From positions 434,001 to 498,000 of the forward strand of contig AP039693.1 of the NCBI GenBank assembly GCA_051599415.1: a DNA stretch of 64,000 nt. The letters run 5' to 3'. Made by a program: the position numbers and the translations under genes. Of this stretch, positions 23,596 through 33,828 are shown piece by piece. A model generated the notes under the pieces. That model had not been told where the DNA came from. It did not search any database and saw nothing but the letters and a program-made list of their open reading frames with translations. Within the stretch, counting starts at the first letter, position 1. Every line of letters begins with the position of its first letter. Source of the stretch: Savitreella phatthalungensis (lineage: Eukaryota).

Positions 23596-24432
23596 TCAGA
23601 CGGCGCCATATACGTCTGTCCTTCTCATCAATGGAATGCCCTCCCTGACCTTCTCCAGTATGCCCAGATCGATGTCTGCGAGAATGTATGTAGGTCCATC
23701 GTCCGTTGGCACATCTGTCGCCTGTGCTACCACACTCCCCCATGGATCCACAATCATCGAATGCCCCCAAGAGACACGATTCTCATTATGCCGACCTGCC
23801 TGTGCCGCTGCAACAACCCAGGAACTCGTTTCGATCGCTCTCGCGCGTAGCAGCGTCTCCCAGTGTGCTTGACCTGTCCTGACTGCGAACGCAGACGGGT
23901 ACAGCAATACCTGTGCCCCGAGCTCCCTTAGCTTGAGTGACAGTTCTGGAAATCTGACATCAAAGCAGATCGCCATCCCGACTTTACCCACAGGCGTCTC
24001 GAAGGGCGTAACGATCTGGTCTCCTGCCTTTGTAGACTTGCTCTCCTTGATGACAGGTCCGTCGCGAATGTCGACGTCGAATAGATGCAGCTTCGTGTAC
24101 GTGTGTGTGATATCTCCTCTGTCGTTGATCCAGAGTGCTTGGTTGAGGAGCTTGTCTGAGGCCCCTGGTGTGGCTGCGTGGACACCAACATTCACGTGCA
24201 CCTTGTGTTCCCGCGCAGCAGCCTGGATTCCCTTCACAAACTCGCCACACCCCTCAGACCGTGCGAGCTCCCGCGATTGATCGCCATCGCGTGCAATGTA
24301 GTCTGCAGCTTCAGGCAGAAATACACACCGCGCACCGTTCCTGCTCGCCTTCGAGATCACCTGCACACAGTGCTCGAGGTTCCTCAAGATATTGCTGGTT
24401 GAACAGATCTGACCTGCAGCGATCCAGACCAT
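23596..24432 (-). CDS. NIT2: Nitrilase-superfamily amidase (deaminated glutathione amidase, Nit1/NIT2 type)
   Basis: FLPEA, YTKLHLFDVD and ICFDVRFPE triad motifs; AHWETLLRARAIE; SWGHSMIVDPWG. Confidence 0.9.
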   Translation of the reverse strand: MVWIAAGQICSTSNILRNLEHCVQVISKASRNGARCVFLPEAADYIARDGDQSRELARSEGCGEFVKGIQAAAREHKVHVNVGVHAATPGASDKLLNQALWINDRGDITHTYTKLHLFDVDIRDGPVIKESKSTKAGDQIVTPFETPVGKVGMAICFDVRFPELSLKLRELGAQVLLYPSAFAVRTGQAHWETLLRARAIETSSWVVAAAQAGRHNENRVSWGHSMIVDPWGSVVAQATDVPTDDGPTYILADIDLGILEKVREGIPLMRRTDVYGAV

Positions 24433-25128
24433 AGATTAGAGCTCGAACGAGTGTCGTTCTTTGCGTCTATGACACAGCACTAAAGCCTGTCTACGTTGGC
24501 GGAAATGAGAAGAGAGTCTATACCTGGCGTATGACGTTTTGACAGGTCTCTCGTATATCTATTGGATCAAAGGATCAAATTCGATGGCTGTTCATGCATG
24601 CTTTAGATTCAGGTGGAGATTTTAGTTTGCAGCAGGAGAACAAATTAATTGAGATCTAATGAAACAAAATACAAGTGCGGGTGGCGAGCGAGCGAGTGAG
24701 CGTAGAAGGAATCCAACCAGCTCGATCATCATTCCATCCATCCACTCAAGTCAGGATCGAGAGAACTCCCTGATGTCAGTTCCGCAGTCCCAGAGCTGAA
24801 CATAGTCATTATTGTGACTGACTCTACGTGTAGAAGTCGCAATAACTGAGTGAATAAGTTGCATGCGATCCGCTCGCTCCGTTCACTCATCTCATCTCTT
24901 CTCACCGAGTGAGCCGGCAGATTGGTTCCAACTGATGATTTCCCCTCGCATCTTCATAAACTATTCAGTGGTGTATCAAGCATCAAACGTAAGTCACTGA
25001 ACATGGGAACATGTATAGCGGGAGTTGATTTTTGCTTCAACACTCATTCACTCACTCACCAACGTAACTTTGATCTTCCAGGCAAATCACTCACTAACAA
25101 ATCGAAACCGTTGACAGGGCAGCGTAAA

Positions 25129-25136
25129 ATGACTCA
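25129..25136. promoter_or_regulatory. Gcn4/Cpc1-type ATGACTCA site upstream of GLY1
   Basis: Exact TGACTCA about 360 bp upstream of the GLY1 ATG. Confidence 0.35.
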
Positions 25137-25494
25137 CCCTCACTGATTTGACATCCGAGCATCTCTTGAATCCTCGAGCACGAAGATATGAAGGAACTGG
25201 AGAAGAACCACTGGTCTAAGTCGCTAGATGAGATCTTTGTTGAAGAGATCTCCAAGAATTTCGTGTATTATTTTATGACGGATTCGTGGCGTCCAATTAA
25301 AATCCATTGACTTGAAATCCAGCTCAAGAACTTATTCGATCAAATATTCTTCAATCCATTCCCGCATCGGCAAGCCCGATGAAAAAGATTCAATTCGATC
25401 TCACCTTACATGCGGTTCTTGTGGAGTGGGATATTTTAGTCGATCGACCCTCTACGCGTCCAGACGATTCATTCAACCTCCTACCATTCTTCCC

Positions 25495-26589
25495 ATGGCA
25501 GTCAATGGAGACTCAGGTCATGCTCCAGCCAGTGATGCGAATCTCACACGCAGAGAAGCTGATGTGGGTGCGGATTTCCGCTCAGATACAGTCACCATCC
25601 CCACAGATGGGATGCTGAAAGCGATGGTGAGCGCGCATTTTGGTGACGACGTCTACGGCGACAGCTGGAGTGCTACTGACTTGGAATCTTACGTTGCTGG
25701 GCTGTGTGGCAAGCAGGCTGGACTGTTTTGTCCGACAGGGACGATGGGCAACCAGCTGTGCCTCCGTACACACCTGAAGCAGCCTCCGTACTCGATCGTG
25801 TGCGACGCCCGCGCCCACATCGTCAACTACGAGGGCAACGCGCTCGCCATGTACTCCCAAGCGCTTCACGTCGGCGTCAAGCCCGCAAACGGCATGTACA
25901 TCACCCCGTCCGAAGTCGAAGAGGCCCTCATCACCGGCGACGACCAGCATCACGCAGACACGGCTGTCATAGCACTGGAGAACACGCTCGGCGGTGTAGT
26001 CATGCCGCTAGATAACATCCGTGAGATTGCGCAAATCGCTCGGAAACACGACATCAGCATGCACCTCGACGGTGCTCGAATCTGGGAGGCTTCTGCTGCA
26101 ACTGGGATTCCGCTTGCGACGTATGCAGCCGAGTTTGACTCTGTGTCGCTGTGCCTGTCGAAGGGTGTGGGTGCACCTGTTGGCACTGTGATTGTCGGAT
26201 CAGCGGCGTTTATTAAGAAGGCCCGCCACTTCAGGAAGATTTTCGGCGCAGGGATGCGACAGGTTGGCATTCTCGCCGGTGCTGCAAGGTTCGCCATCGA
26301 CGATGTCTATCCACAGAAGCTTAAGCAAGTTCATATCCGCACACGCAGGCTTGCAGACTACGCAAGCTCCCTCGGATTCGAATTCTCACTGCCGCCGGAC
26401 ACCAACATGATCTGGCTCGATCTTGCGAAGGCTGGCATCTCACCTGCCAGACTGATCGAGATTGGTCAGGAGCACGGGGTGAGGTTGTCTGGAGGCAGAC
26501 TTGTATTGCATCATCAGATCTCCGATGAAGGAGAAGAGAAAGTGAGAAAAGTTCTCGCCCAGGCGGCCGAACAAATTGTCAACAAGTAG
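25495..26589 (+). CDS. GLY1: Low-specificity L-threonine aldolase
   Basis: DFRSDTVT, GDDVYG, GTMGNQ, HLDGAR and CLSKGVGAP (PLP lysine). First in-frame ATG is at 25495. Confidence 0.95.
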   Translation: MAVNGDSGHAPASDANLTRREADVGADFRSDTVTIPTDGMLKAMVSAHFGDDVYGDSWSATDLESYVAGLCGKQAGLFCPTGTMGNQLCLRTHLKQPPYSIVCDARAHIVNYEGNALAMYSQALHVGVKPANGMYITPSEVEEALITGDDQHHADTAVIALENTLGGVVMPLDNIREIAQIARKHDISMHLDGARIWEASAATGIPLATYAAEFDSVSLCLSKGVGAPVGTVIVGSAAFIKKARHFRKIFGAGMRQVGILAGAARFAIDDVYPQKLKQVHIRTRRLADYASSLGFEFSLPPDTNMIWLDLAKAGISPARLIEIGQEHGVRLSGGRLVLHHQISDEGEEKVRKVLAQAAEQIVNK

Positions 26590-26731
26590 ATGTAAATCAA
26601 ACAGCATAATGCGTCACGCGTAAAGCATCTAGCCCAGACGTATCTCCATGCAAAACGCAACTCCGAACGATCTGCTTGTTGCCATATTCTCCAGACTCGC
26701 ACGATGGACTCTGTTTGCGAGCGTGGCAAAA

Positions 26732-26869
26732 CGCTGCCAGTAGGGTTCGAACCTACGCGGGCGATGCCCAGACGCTAATCTTTCGAGAGTTTGCCAAATT
26801 CGAAATTCAAATTTTTTCCGACAAACAGACGTTTCAAGGCGGCCTCCTTAACCACTCGGACATAGCAGC
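26732..26869 (-). tRNA. tRNA-Ser(UGA) with a 56-nt intron
   Basis: Minus strand: GCTGCTATGTCCGAGTGGTTAAGGAGGCCGCCT-TGA-A, intron 26832-26777, then AGCGTCTGGGCATCGCCCGCGTAGGTTCGAACCCTACTGGCAGCG. A and B boxes, a long variable arm, G73, an 82-nt mature length and a following TTTT. Confidence 0.92.
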
Positions 26870-27556
26870 TAATCTGCTTTTTGCCAAAATTCAATATATG
26901 ATCCTCGAGATTACAGCTTTAGATTCCGAATCCTCAGAAATCACAGCTTCGGGTTCTGGATGCACAGAGAATGCGTGATGCCCTTGTGTGATGCCAATAG
27001 TCAAGCAGCTCTCAGTCGCTATCATCACCTTGGCCATTCTGGAACTCATTCACGAGCAATATGGAGTGTGAACTATGGCTCAGCCTGAGAGTCAAGGTAG
27101 GAGTCATAGAAGCGTTTAGTCACGGTAGAGAGGGAGAACGCACCGATGCTATGACTCTTCCGCAAGATTCATGTATTTAGCCACTCTACATGGCAGCACT
27201 GGCTTCAAAACAGGATCTGTGACATTCTAGCTGCACTGGAGAATGATCGAGTACGTCTGCTTTGCCTGCTGTCAAGGGCAGGATAGCCTGTCTGCTAACG
27301 GATGTGTCGATATGGTGACTCTTTTTTTGGCCTGACTCGGGCTTCCTTCCCCACGTCCGGCTCCACTTGGAGAAGTCAGTCAATCCCGCTCAACGGGCAA
27401 TTTAAGCGGGATAATAAATATGGTTCAAGCACGCACGAGGATGACAAGTGTCTCTATAAGTACCTTCAGCTTCTCCCAATAGCTTACTCATCACATCCTC
27501 AACTCATCTCCCATCATTTACTGACATTTGTATCATTTCCACATCTCTCATTCTCT

Positions 27557-28495
27557 ATGGCAGTCAGACCAATCACCCCAGGCATCTACACGCCGACACT
27601 CACATTCTTCAACCAAGATGAGACTGTCAGCCTTGAACAAGTCACAAAACATGCAGTCTTCCTTGCACAATCAGGAGTCAAAGGTCTTGTCCTTCAAGGA
27701 TCCACAGGTGAAGCCTTCTCTCTGACGCGTGAGGAACGCAAAGAGATTGTTGCCGCTGTTCGCCAGGCACTTGACAATGCAGATCAGAAGTCCTGCCTGA
27801 TCATTGCTGGTATCGGCGGCCAGTCTCTGAGGGAGAGCTTGGCGTATGCACGTGATGCTGCAGATGCAGGTGCAGACTACGGTATTGCCCTCTCGCCGAG
27901 CTTCTTCATCAATCAGATGACCCCTCAGGTGCTCGAGCGATACTTCACTCAGCTCGCAGACAACTCCCCACTGCCATTCCTCATCTACAACTTCCCAGGC
28001 GTCACGAACGGCATCGATCTCCAAGCGCCGCTCCTAGCGAAGCTTGCTCAGCACCCCAAAATTGTTGGCACCAAACTGACCTGCAACACGATCTCCAAAA
28101 TCCAGTATCTGAACCCTGCCGCGGGCGCAGTCCCGCAAGGATGGGCCGTCTTCAGCGGGTCCTCGCAGTTCCTGCCTGCCGGCCACGCCGCTGGCTTCAC
28201 AGGCGCCATCACAGGTTTATCGAACATGTTCCCCAAGACGCTCGTCCACCTGTGGAAGCTGATTGAGGCAGATGAGAAAACGCATCGCTCCGAAATCGCT
28301 CGTCTCCAGCAACTGGTGGCCAAGTACGAGCTCATCATGATGAGAGACTTCATCCCTGGCAACAAGGCTACCCTCCAGCTGCTTGGCAGATACGGTGGTC
28401 CATCCAGGAGTCCACTCGTCGACGCCACACCCGAGCAGATCGCCATCTACAAGCAGGCTATCGGCGACATTCGCGCGTTCGAGGACTCCCTATAG
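27557..28495 (+). CDS. DHDPS-family class I aldolase (related to 2-keto-3-deoxy-L-galactonate aldolase GaaC/Lga1 and HOGA)
   Basis: GIYTPTLTFF, GSTGE, IYNFPGVTNGIDL and IVGTKLT Schiff-base Lys. ATG at 27557; TATA-like TATAAG at about 27454. Confidence 0.85.
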   Translation: MAVRPITPGIYTPTLTFFNQDETVSLEQVTKHAVFLAQSGVKGLVLQGSTGEAFSLTREERKEIVAAVRQALDNADQKSCLIIAGIGGQSLRESLAYARDAADAGADYGIALSPSFFINQMTPQVLERYFTQLADNSPLPFLIYNFPGVTNGIDLQAPLLAKLAQHPKIVGTKLTCNTISKIQYLNPAAGAVPQGWAVFSGSSQFLPAGHAAGFTGAITGLSNMFPKTLVHLWKLIEADEKTHRSEIARLQQLVAKYELIMMRDFIPGNKATLQLLGRYGGPSRSPLVDATPEQIAIYKQAIGDIRAFEDSL

Positions 28496-28818
28496 CGAAC
28501 CCATACAACCATGATAGAACATATATCTCTCTTCTAAAGCTTATTCTATATGAGACGCCACACATGCAGCGTGCTCCTGTCACATCCGGTCAGGTCTAGT
28601 CTGGATGTACCGACCGAGACCGGCGTCATTCCACTTCCATGCACGCACGCACGCATGCACGCATGCATGCAAGTCCTCGTGTCGATCAAAAGCGGTCACC
28701 TGTCACACCGCCCATCATGCCATCTACCAGCCAGACCAAGCCCTGTACCACACAAAAGTATATGTTCGCCCCGACCATATCATCGCGTCGCTTATAGACA
28801 CCGTGCTGACCTTCCTCG

Positions 28819-30054
28819 ATGCCTTCTTGCGTTCCAATCGTCCTCGTCATGCTCAGTGTCCTCTGCACCGCCAGCGCCGATGAACAGGCGCGTGACGGAT
28901 CCGATCTCGGATGGTTCGTGTGGAGCGGTGGGCTGAGATCTGTCGGTGGGCTTCTGCACCCTACGATTGCGCTCGGCGTGGAACGACGGTACGATGGGGT
29001 GAATGCTGTGCTAGTGGGCAGTGGTACTGCGTCTTCTGTGATGGCTGGGCTCGGGTACACGAAAGGTGTGGCGGTCGAGCGAGACGCGTACTTCCAGCCG
29101 CACACCCACTACGAGGTCCACAACACCTGCTGGGCCCTAGAGCGCGTATCCGGCCCCGACCCAATCGCCGAAGACCGACGCCATCTCGTAGGCGCACGCC
29201 AATTCAGCTACTTCTACGAAGACGACCGCACAGGCGCAGGCGTCACCATCTTCATCTTAGATGGTGGCGTCCTCTGCACCCACCAGGAGTTCCAGGGCAG
29301 GGCATCGTGTCCCGTGGAGGGAGACTTCGGTGCGACTGATCCTGAGAAACGGGCAAATCGGCCAATCACGGCGCACGGGACGATGGTTGCAGGCGCAGCG
29401 GCGTCACTGGATCTTGGAGTGGCGTCCGGTGCAACGATTGTGTCCCTGCAATTCATCAACCGCGACACGGGCTCCTACCTGGTCAGCAGCGCGATCGCCG
29501 GGATTGAGTACGCGAGGTCGCTCGTCCGCAAAGCTGCCAACGCTCCAGCCGTCATCAACATCTCAGGCGGCGCAGATCTCGAACTGCGACTCCTCGACGC
29601 GGCGGTCACCGCAGCCATCAACGACAACATCCCAGTCGTCGTTTCCGTGGGAAATTCGCCAGTCAATCGCTGTGGCTTTTCACCCTTGCGCGTCCCAGGC
29701 GTCATCGTTGTAGGCGCCACGACCATCGATGACAGGTTCAACCAAGAGTATTCATTTGGACCCTGTGTCACCGTTCTCGCCCCAGGCGTCGAGCTCACCC
29801 TGCCTATCTGGGACGACGAGGACCCTGATGCCACAGACGTCACCCAAAACGCTTCCGGCACATCCTTCTCCGCAGGCTACGTCTCAGGCGCAGTGGCTAT
29901 TTTCAGAGGCATGCGTCGCACAGGACCCTGGAGAGCAGATCGCCTCGGAATCTGGCTCCAGACCCAGTCAGAACCAGGACTCATCGAAGACGTTCCCAAG
30001 GGCACGCCCAACCTCCTCCTCCAGACCACCTTTGCCTGGAAAGACCGTCACTGA
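28819..30054 (+). CDS. Secreted subtilisin-like serine protease (S8, proteinase K-like), divergent
   Basis: Signal peptide MPSCVPIVLVMLSVLCTASA; ILDGG (Asp), HGTMVAG (His), VGN (oxyanion) and SGTSFS (Ser). Confidence 0.85.
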   Translation: MPSCVPIVLVMLSVLCTASADEQARDGSDLGWFVWSGGLRSVGGLLHPTIALGVERRYDGVNAVLVGSGTASSVMAGLGYTKGVAVERDAYFQPHTHYEVHNTCWALERVSGPDPIAEDRRHLVGARQFSYFYEDDRTGAGVTIFILDGGVLCTHQEFQGRASCPVEGDFGATDPEKRANRPITAHGTMVAGAAASLDLGVASGATIVSLQFINRDTGSYLVSSAIAGIEYARSLVRKAANAPAVINISGGADLELRLLDAAVTAAINDNIPVVVSVGNSPVNRCGFSPLRVPGVIVVGATTIDDRFNQEYSFGPCVTVLAPGVELTLPIWDDEDPDATDVTQNASGTSFSAGYVSGAVAIFRGMRRTGPWRADRLGIWLQTQSEPGLIEDVPKGTPNLLLQTTFAWKDRH

Positions 30055-30081
30055 AATCCCCCACCCTATCCGCGCTGGACC

Positions 30082-30441
30082 TCACTTTTCTAGAAACTCG
30101 GCCTGCGAAAGCAGGGTCTCCCAATCACCTCCTTCATCCAGCGTGAATTCAGCACGGTCGACGATATCCGACTGGAGCAGGTCGCCGTAGATGTGAGGGA
30201 AGGTGCCGTGGTTGGAGGATTGCTCCCACTTGAGCTTGTGGTCGATCGTCTGGAGACGCACTTTTATCAAGGTCACCTTCTTCACACCCTTGAAGAACCG
30301 GCCTACAGTCCCGGGAACCTGATCAGCCGTGCTCATATGAATAAACCCATCCTTCCTGTCCAACTCACTCACTGGAAGCGGCGTCTCCGAGGGAAACGAC
30401 TCGCCGATCTTGTAGGCAAACGTGTACTGCTCGTATGACAT
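30082..30441 (-). CDS. DUF952 family protein
   Basis: AYKI, DRKDGFIHMST..QV, LKWE and FPHIYG signature. Confidence 0.85.
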   Translation of the reverse strand: MSYEQYTFAYKIGESFPSETPLPVSELDRKDGFIHMSTADQVPGTVGRFFKGVKKVTLIKVRLQTIDHKLKWEQSSNHGTFPHIYGDLLQSDIVDRAEFTLDEGGDWETLLSQAEFLEK

Positions 30442-30594
30442 GACTTCCTGGCGGTCTGTTTATAGTGTCTATTTGTTTAGTGCGAGTCGTCAACTATGCG
30501 TTTCTTTTATGGCGTGCAATGCACATGGTTTGTCGTCTCTTACCCCATGGCGCAATGTTTCTAGGCTGTACAGGAACAGTGAACTTGCCAAATG

Positions 30595-31473
30595 CTATCT
30601 CCCTGCGTTCTCAATCTCTTTGATCATCCTGCGTATCCGGTCGCCGCCGTCAACAGCGTACGGGATCAAGTACTCCAATTCGAGTGGGTGGACGCGGTCA
30701 CCGACGAGAACGAGAGAGTGTAGTGGTGGACCGCAGTCTGTCTGTGCGAGTTCGGCCATCGTCCCACATATGATCCTCTGATCAGCCGCTCCGACTCTGG
30801 CAACACCTACAGCCAGCGTCTCCCCCGTGTAACATCCAGCAAACGAAGCGTCTTCCTCCACCTTCAGGTCGAGGATCTCAAGCATCTGCGTGCACGCCTG
30901 AGAGACACTCATATACCTCGGAGGCTCATACACCAGTCTTCCTCTTGCCATGTTCTCAATCGACTGCTCTTTGACCTTGATGTCGAGCAGCATGAGCGTG
31001 TGTAGTCCGATTGCCCTGTTTTCTTGGACGCGGTCGTAGAATGATGCTGGTTTCCAGGTATCTGTGAAGAAGACAAGTGAGACGGTCTGTCCGAAGTTGT
31101 ACAGCTGAAGGCCGCATGCGCCGATGGCATTCATGATGCTAGCGTTGTGAATGACTTCGACAGGGATCTTCCTCTCCCGTGCCCGGATGACAAGGTCCGT
31201 GTGCGTGGTCGCACCAAATGGGTCACCGACGACCAGGAACGCAACGTCCTCCGTATCAGCATCTCGCAGGATCTCCTCGCTCCCAGACTCCACAAGCTCA
31301 CGATCAGCCACCGTCACAGACTTGCCGTAGAACGCCTCCAGCTTCTCCTTTTCGCAAAGCAGAATCGACGTATAAGCCTCTAGATAGACCCGACTACACC
31401 GCTTCACAGCCTCCAATCCACGCACCGTGATATCCCGCTCATCTGCGAGGCCCAGACCGACGCAGTAGAGCAT
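30595..31473 (-). CDS. DPH5: Diphthine methyl ester synthase
   Basis: [38 protein letters not shown] and PLHSLV. Confidence 0.97.
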   Translation of the reverse strand: MLYCVGLGLADERDITVRGLEAVKRCSRVYLEAYTSILLCEKEKLEAFYGKSVTVADRELVESGSEEILRDADTEDVAFLVVGDPFGATTHTDLVIRARERKIPVEVIHNASIMNAIGACGLQLYNFGQTVSLVFFTDTWKPASFYDRVQENRAIGLHTLMLLDIKVKEQSIENMARGRLVYEPPRYMSVSQACTQMLEILDLKVEEDASFAGCYTGETLAVGVARVGAADQRIICGTMAELAQTDCGPPLHSLVLVGDRVHPLELEYLIPYAVDGGDRIRRMIKEIENAGR

Positions 31474-31732
31474 CCTTGCAGAGCACTTAGAGTTGTGTCA
31501 ACCTGTATCCTTCAAAAGAAAGTGTATATGCTAGGCAAGCTGTTGGCAATTTGCAACTGATATCATAACACTCTGCTCTTACAGAGGATACAAACACATC
31601 TTCACTCTCATCCTCGTCCTTCGCTACACTTCCCAGAACAATCACAAGACAGTGCAGTACAGCGAAGTACAGTACATCGGACGGTCAGACAGGGACTCGT
31701 TGGATAGCGCTCCCCAAGGGGCCCTCGTCGAC

Positions 31733-32707
31733 ATGGCTGCACAACAGTACAGGAGCGAGATCTCCCAGATGATGTTTGTGATCGGGGACAGTGAGCCTTC
31801 TGCGGAGACGACTGCGCTGATCGAGGAGATTGTGCGGGCGCAGGTGATTGAGCTTCTGACTCACGCTGCCGCACAAGCTGCCAAGCGCGGCACCAAATCC
31901 ATCACCACCGAAGACCTGATCTTCCTCATCAGACACGACCGCGCCAAAGTCAACCGACTACGCACCTACCTCTCCTGGAAGGACGTGCGGAAGAATGCAA
32001 AAGAGACAGAAGGCGGCGGCGCAGATGGCGTCGATCTGCTGGAGGATGCAGCGGTAGGTGGTGGTCCCGGAGGCGGACCAGGTGGATCTGGAGCTCCTGC
32101 GGATGCAGCGGCTGCGCGGTTGAAGTACAGGAAGGCCAAGGTCGGCTTGCCCTGGGATCTGAACAACATGTTCCCAGAGCAGGTGCCCGAGCGCGAGGAG
32201 GAAGAAGACGAAGAAGAGATCGAGGCGAATGCAGCGACAATGGAGCGACTCAAGAATGCAGACGACCGCACAAAGGACATGTCCAAAGACGAGTACGTCC
32301 ACTGGTCAGAGTGTCGTCAGGCATCCTTCACATACCGCAAGTCGAAGCGGTTCAGGGAGTGGTGTCACATGTCACAGCTCCTAGACTCGAAACCTGGAGA
32401 CGACATTATAGATATTCTTGGGTTCCTCACGTTCGAGATTGTTGCCGTAGCAACAGAGGAGGCACTCCGCATCAAAGCGAAGGAAGACGAGTCGCAGGAA
32501 TCAAGGCGGCGCGCAGAGTCAGATGGCGGCAACAAGCGTCGCAAGACAGACTGTACACTCTTCGAAGGGCCAGACGAAGGTCAGACACCACTCGAGGTCA
32601 GACACATCGAGGAAGCCTTCCGCCGTCTCCAACAACCCACTCGGCAAGCCTCATGTCTGCGCAATTTCCGCAACACTCGGTACAAGAGGCCGTTGACGTT
32701 GATTTGA
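31733..32707 (+). CDS. SPT3: SAGA subunit Spt3
   Basis: YRSEISQMMF, LIRHDRAKVNRLRTYLSWKDVRK and EYVHWSECRQASFT. ATG at 31733. Confidence 0.96.
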   Translation: MAAQQYRSEISQMMFVIGDSEPSAETTALIEEIVRAQVIELLTHAAAQAAKRGTKSITTEDLIFLIRHDRAKVNRLRTYLSWKDVRKNAKETEGGGADGVDLLEDAAVGGGPGGGPGGSGAPADAAAARLKYRKAKVGLPWDLNNMFPEQVPEREEEEDEEEIEANAATMERLKNADDRTKDMSKDEYVHWSECRQASFTYRKSKRFREWCHMSQLLDSKPGDDIIDILGFLTFEIVAVATEEALRIKAKEDESQESRRRAESDGGNKRRKTDCTLFEGPDEGQTPLEVRHIEEAFRRLQQPTRQASCLRNFRNTRYKRPLTLI

Positions 32708-32799
32708 GATTCAACATATACCTGTAAGTAGGAACGAATGTTATGTACACGAAGAAGAAGAGAGGTGTCTGGTCATCAACAATATCGTTACTACTGGGG

Positions 32800-33417
32800 C
32801 TAATCCTGTCTGCCCTTGAGGAGGCGTTTTGTGACGCCTTCCTTTGTGACGATGTATACGACGGCGCCCAGACCAGACAAGCAGTCTCTATCCTGAGCGT
32901 TCAAAAGTGCCTGCGAAATTGTCTCGAACAAGTCTTCTGGTTCGAGATCGGGCTCCCACAGAGACTCGCACATGCCGAATAACTGGTCTGCAGCTGTACC
33001 ACTGACGATAAAGTCCTTTGCGTAGTCGATGCACCCCAGTGAGTCAAACCCACAGACAAAAGGCCTATTTGTCGTGCTGTCGATCCCAGCAACGATCGGG
33101 TTCACGAACCAGGGTCCGAACCTGCGCTCGTACAGGGTGGATGAGATCAGGTGAGCGAATGTCTTTGGCTCAATCACCCGCTCCTCCTTCAGCTTGTACA
33201 TGTTTGTCTTGTACCGGAACAACTCGTGCAGGGAGATGACATCCGTCGCGAGGCCAGTCATCCCAAGCATCGTTCGCTGCGTCGTTGGGAAGATCTTCGA
33301 GAAGTTGTTGGCAATCGTCAATGCCTGCTGACCCAATCGCAGATCACTTGCAATTGCAACACAATCCTTTCCCACCATCGCCACGCAGGATCCGCCGTTA
33401 TACTCCATGATAGACAT
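32800..33417 (-). CDS. PUP3: 20S proteasome subunit beta-3
   Basis: MSIMEYNGGSCVAMVGKDCVAIASDLRLG ... LKGRQD. Confidence 0.98.
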   Translation of the reverse strand: MSIMEYNGGSCVAMVGKDCVAIASDLRLGQQALTIANNFSKIFPTTQRTMLGMTGLATDVISLHELFRYKTNMYKLKEERVIEPKTFAHLISSTLYERRFGPWFVNPIVAGIDSTTNRPFVCGFDSLGCIDYAKDFIVSGTAADQLFGMCESLWEPDLEPEDLFETISQALLNAQDRDCLSGLGAVVYIVTKEGVTKRLLKGRQD

Positions 33418-33828
33418 GCTGGGCAGGTACTAGAGCCCCTCAAGGCTACAGGAGATCGTGTTCGCGCGAGTGCGTATATGCAAGTGAATGAGCACCACGA
33501 GCACCAAGCTCTTTGAACACTCTCTTAAGGTGGTGTATAAACGGACACGTAGTCTATTGACGGCCTCGTGGCAAAGTACGACTTACTTGCCGATGTGCTT
33601 GAGCTTGTAGATAAGGTGACTTTGACTGTACTGGTAGTGTTGGCCGTGTGTTGCGTACGTATGCATTTACGCGTGCGTAACCTGTTTGACGACACGCAAT
33701 ACTCACCATCACAACCAAAGATGCACAAAATACATTCACACAAGTAGAAGACAGCACTGGCTCAACGACACAACAGTCCTCAAGGCAGTCCGAGTAGTTC
33801 AAGCAGACGGGTCAGCAGTGAGAAATAG

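Noticed and set aside
25312..25494. Open frame upstream of GLY1 as a non-AUG mitochondrial extension
   Set aside because: It has no in-frame ATG, an acidic patch and no other support.
27302..27556. 85-codon GTG-started extension of the aldolase, and a possible GARE (TCCNCCAAT)
   Set aside because: The extension spans the likely TATA region, and TCTCCCAAT mismatches the GARE consensus.
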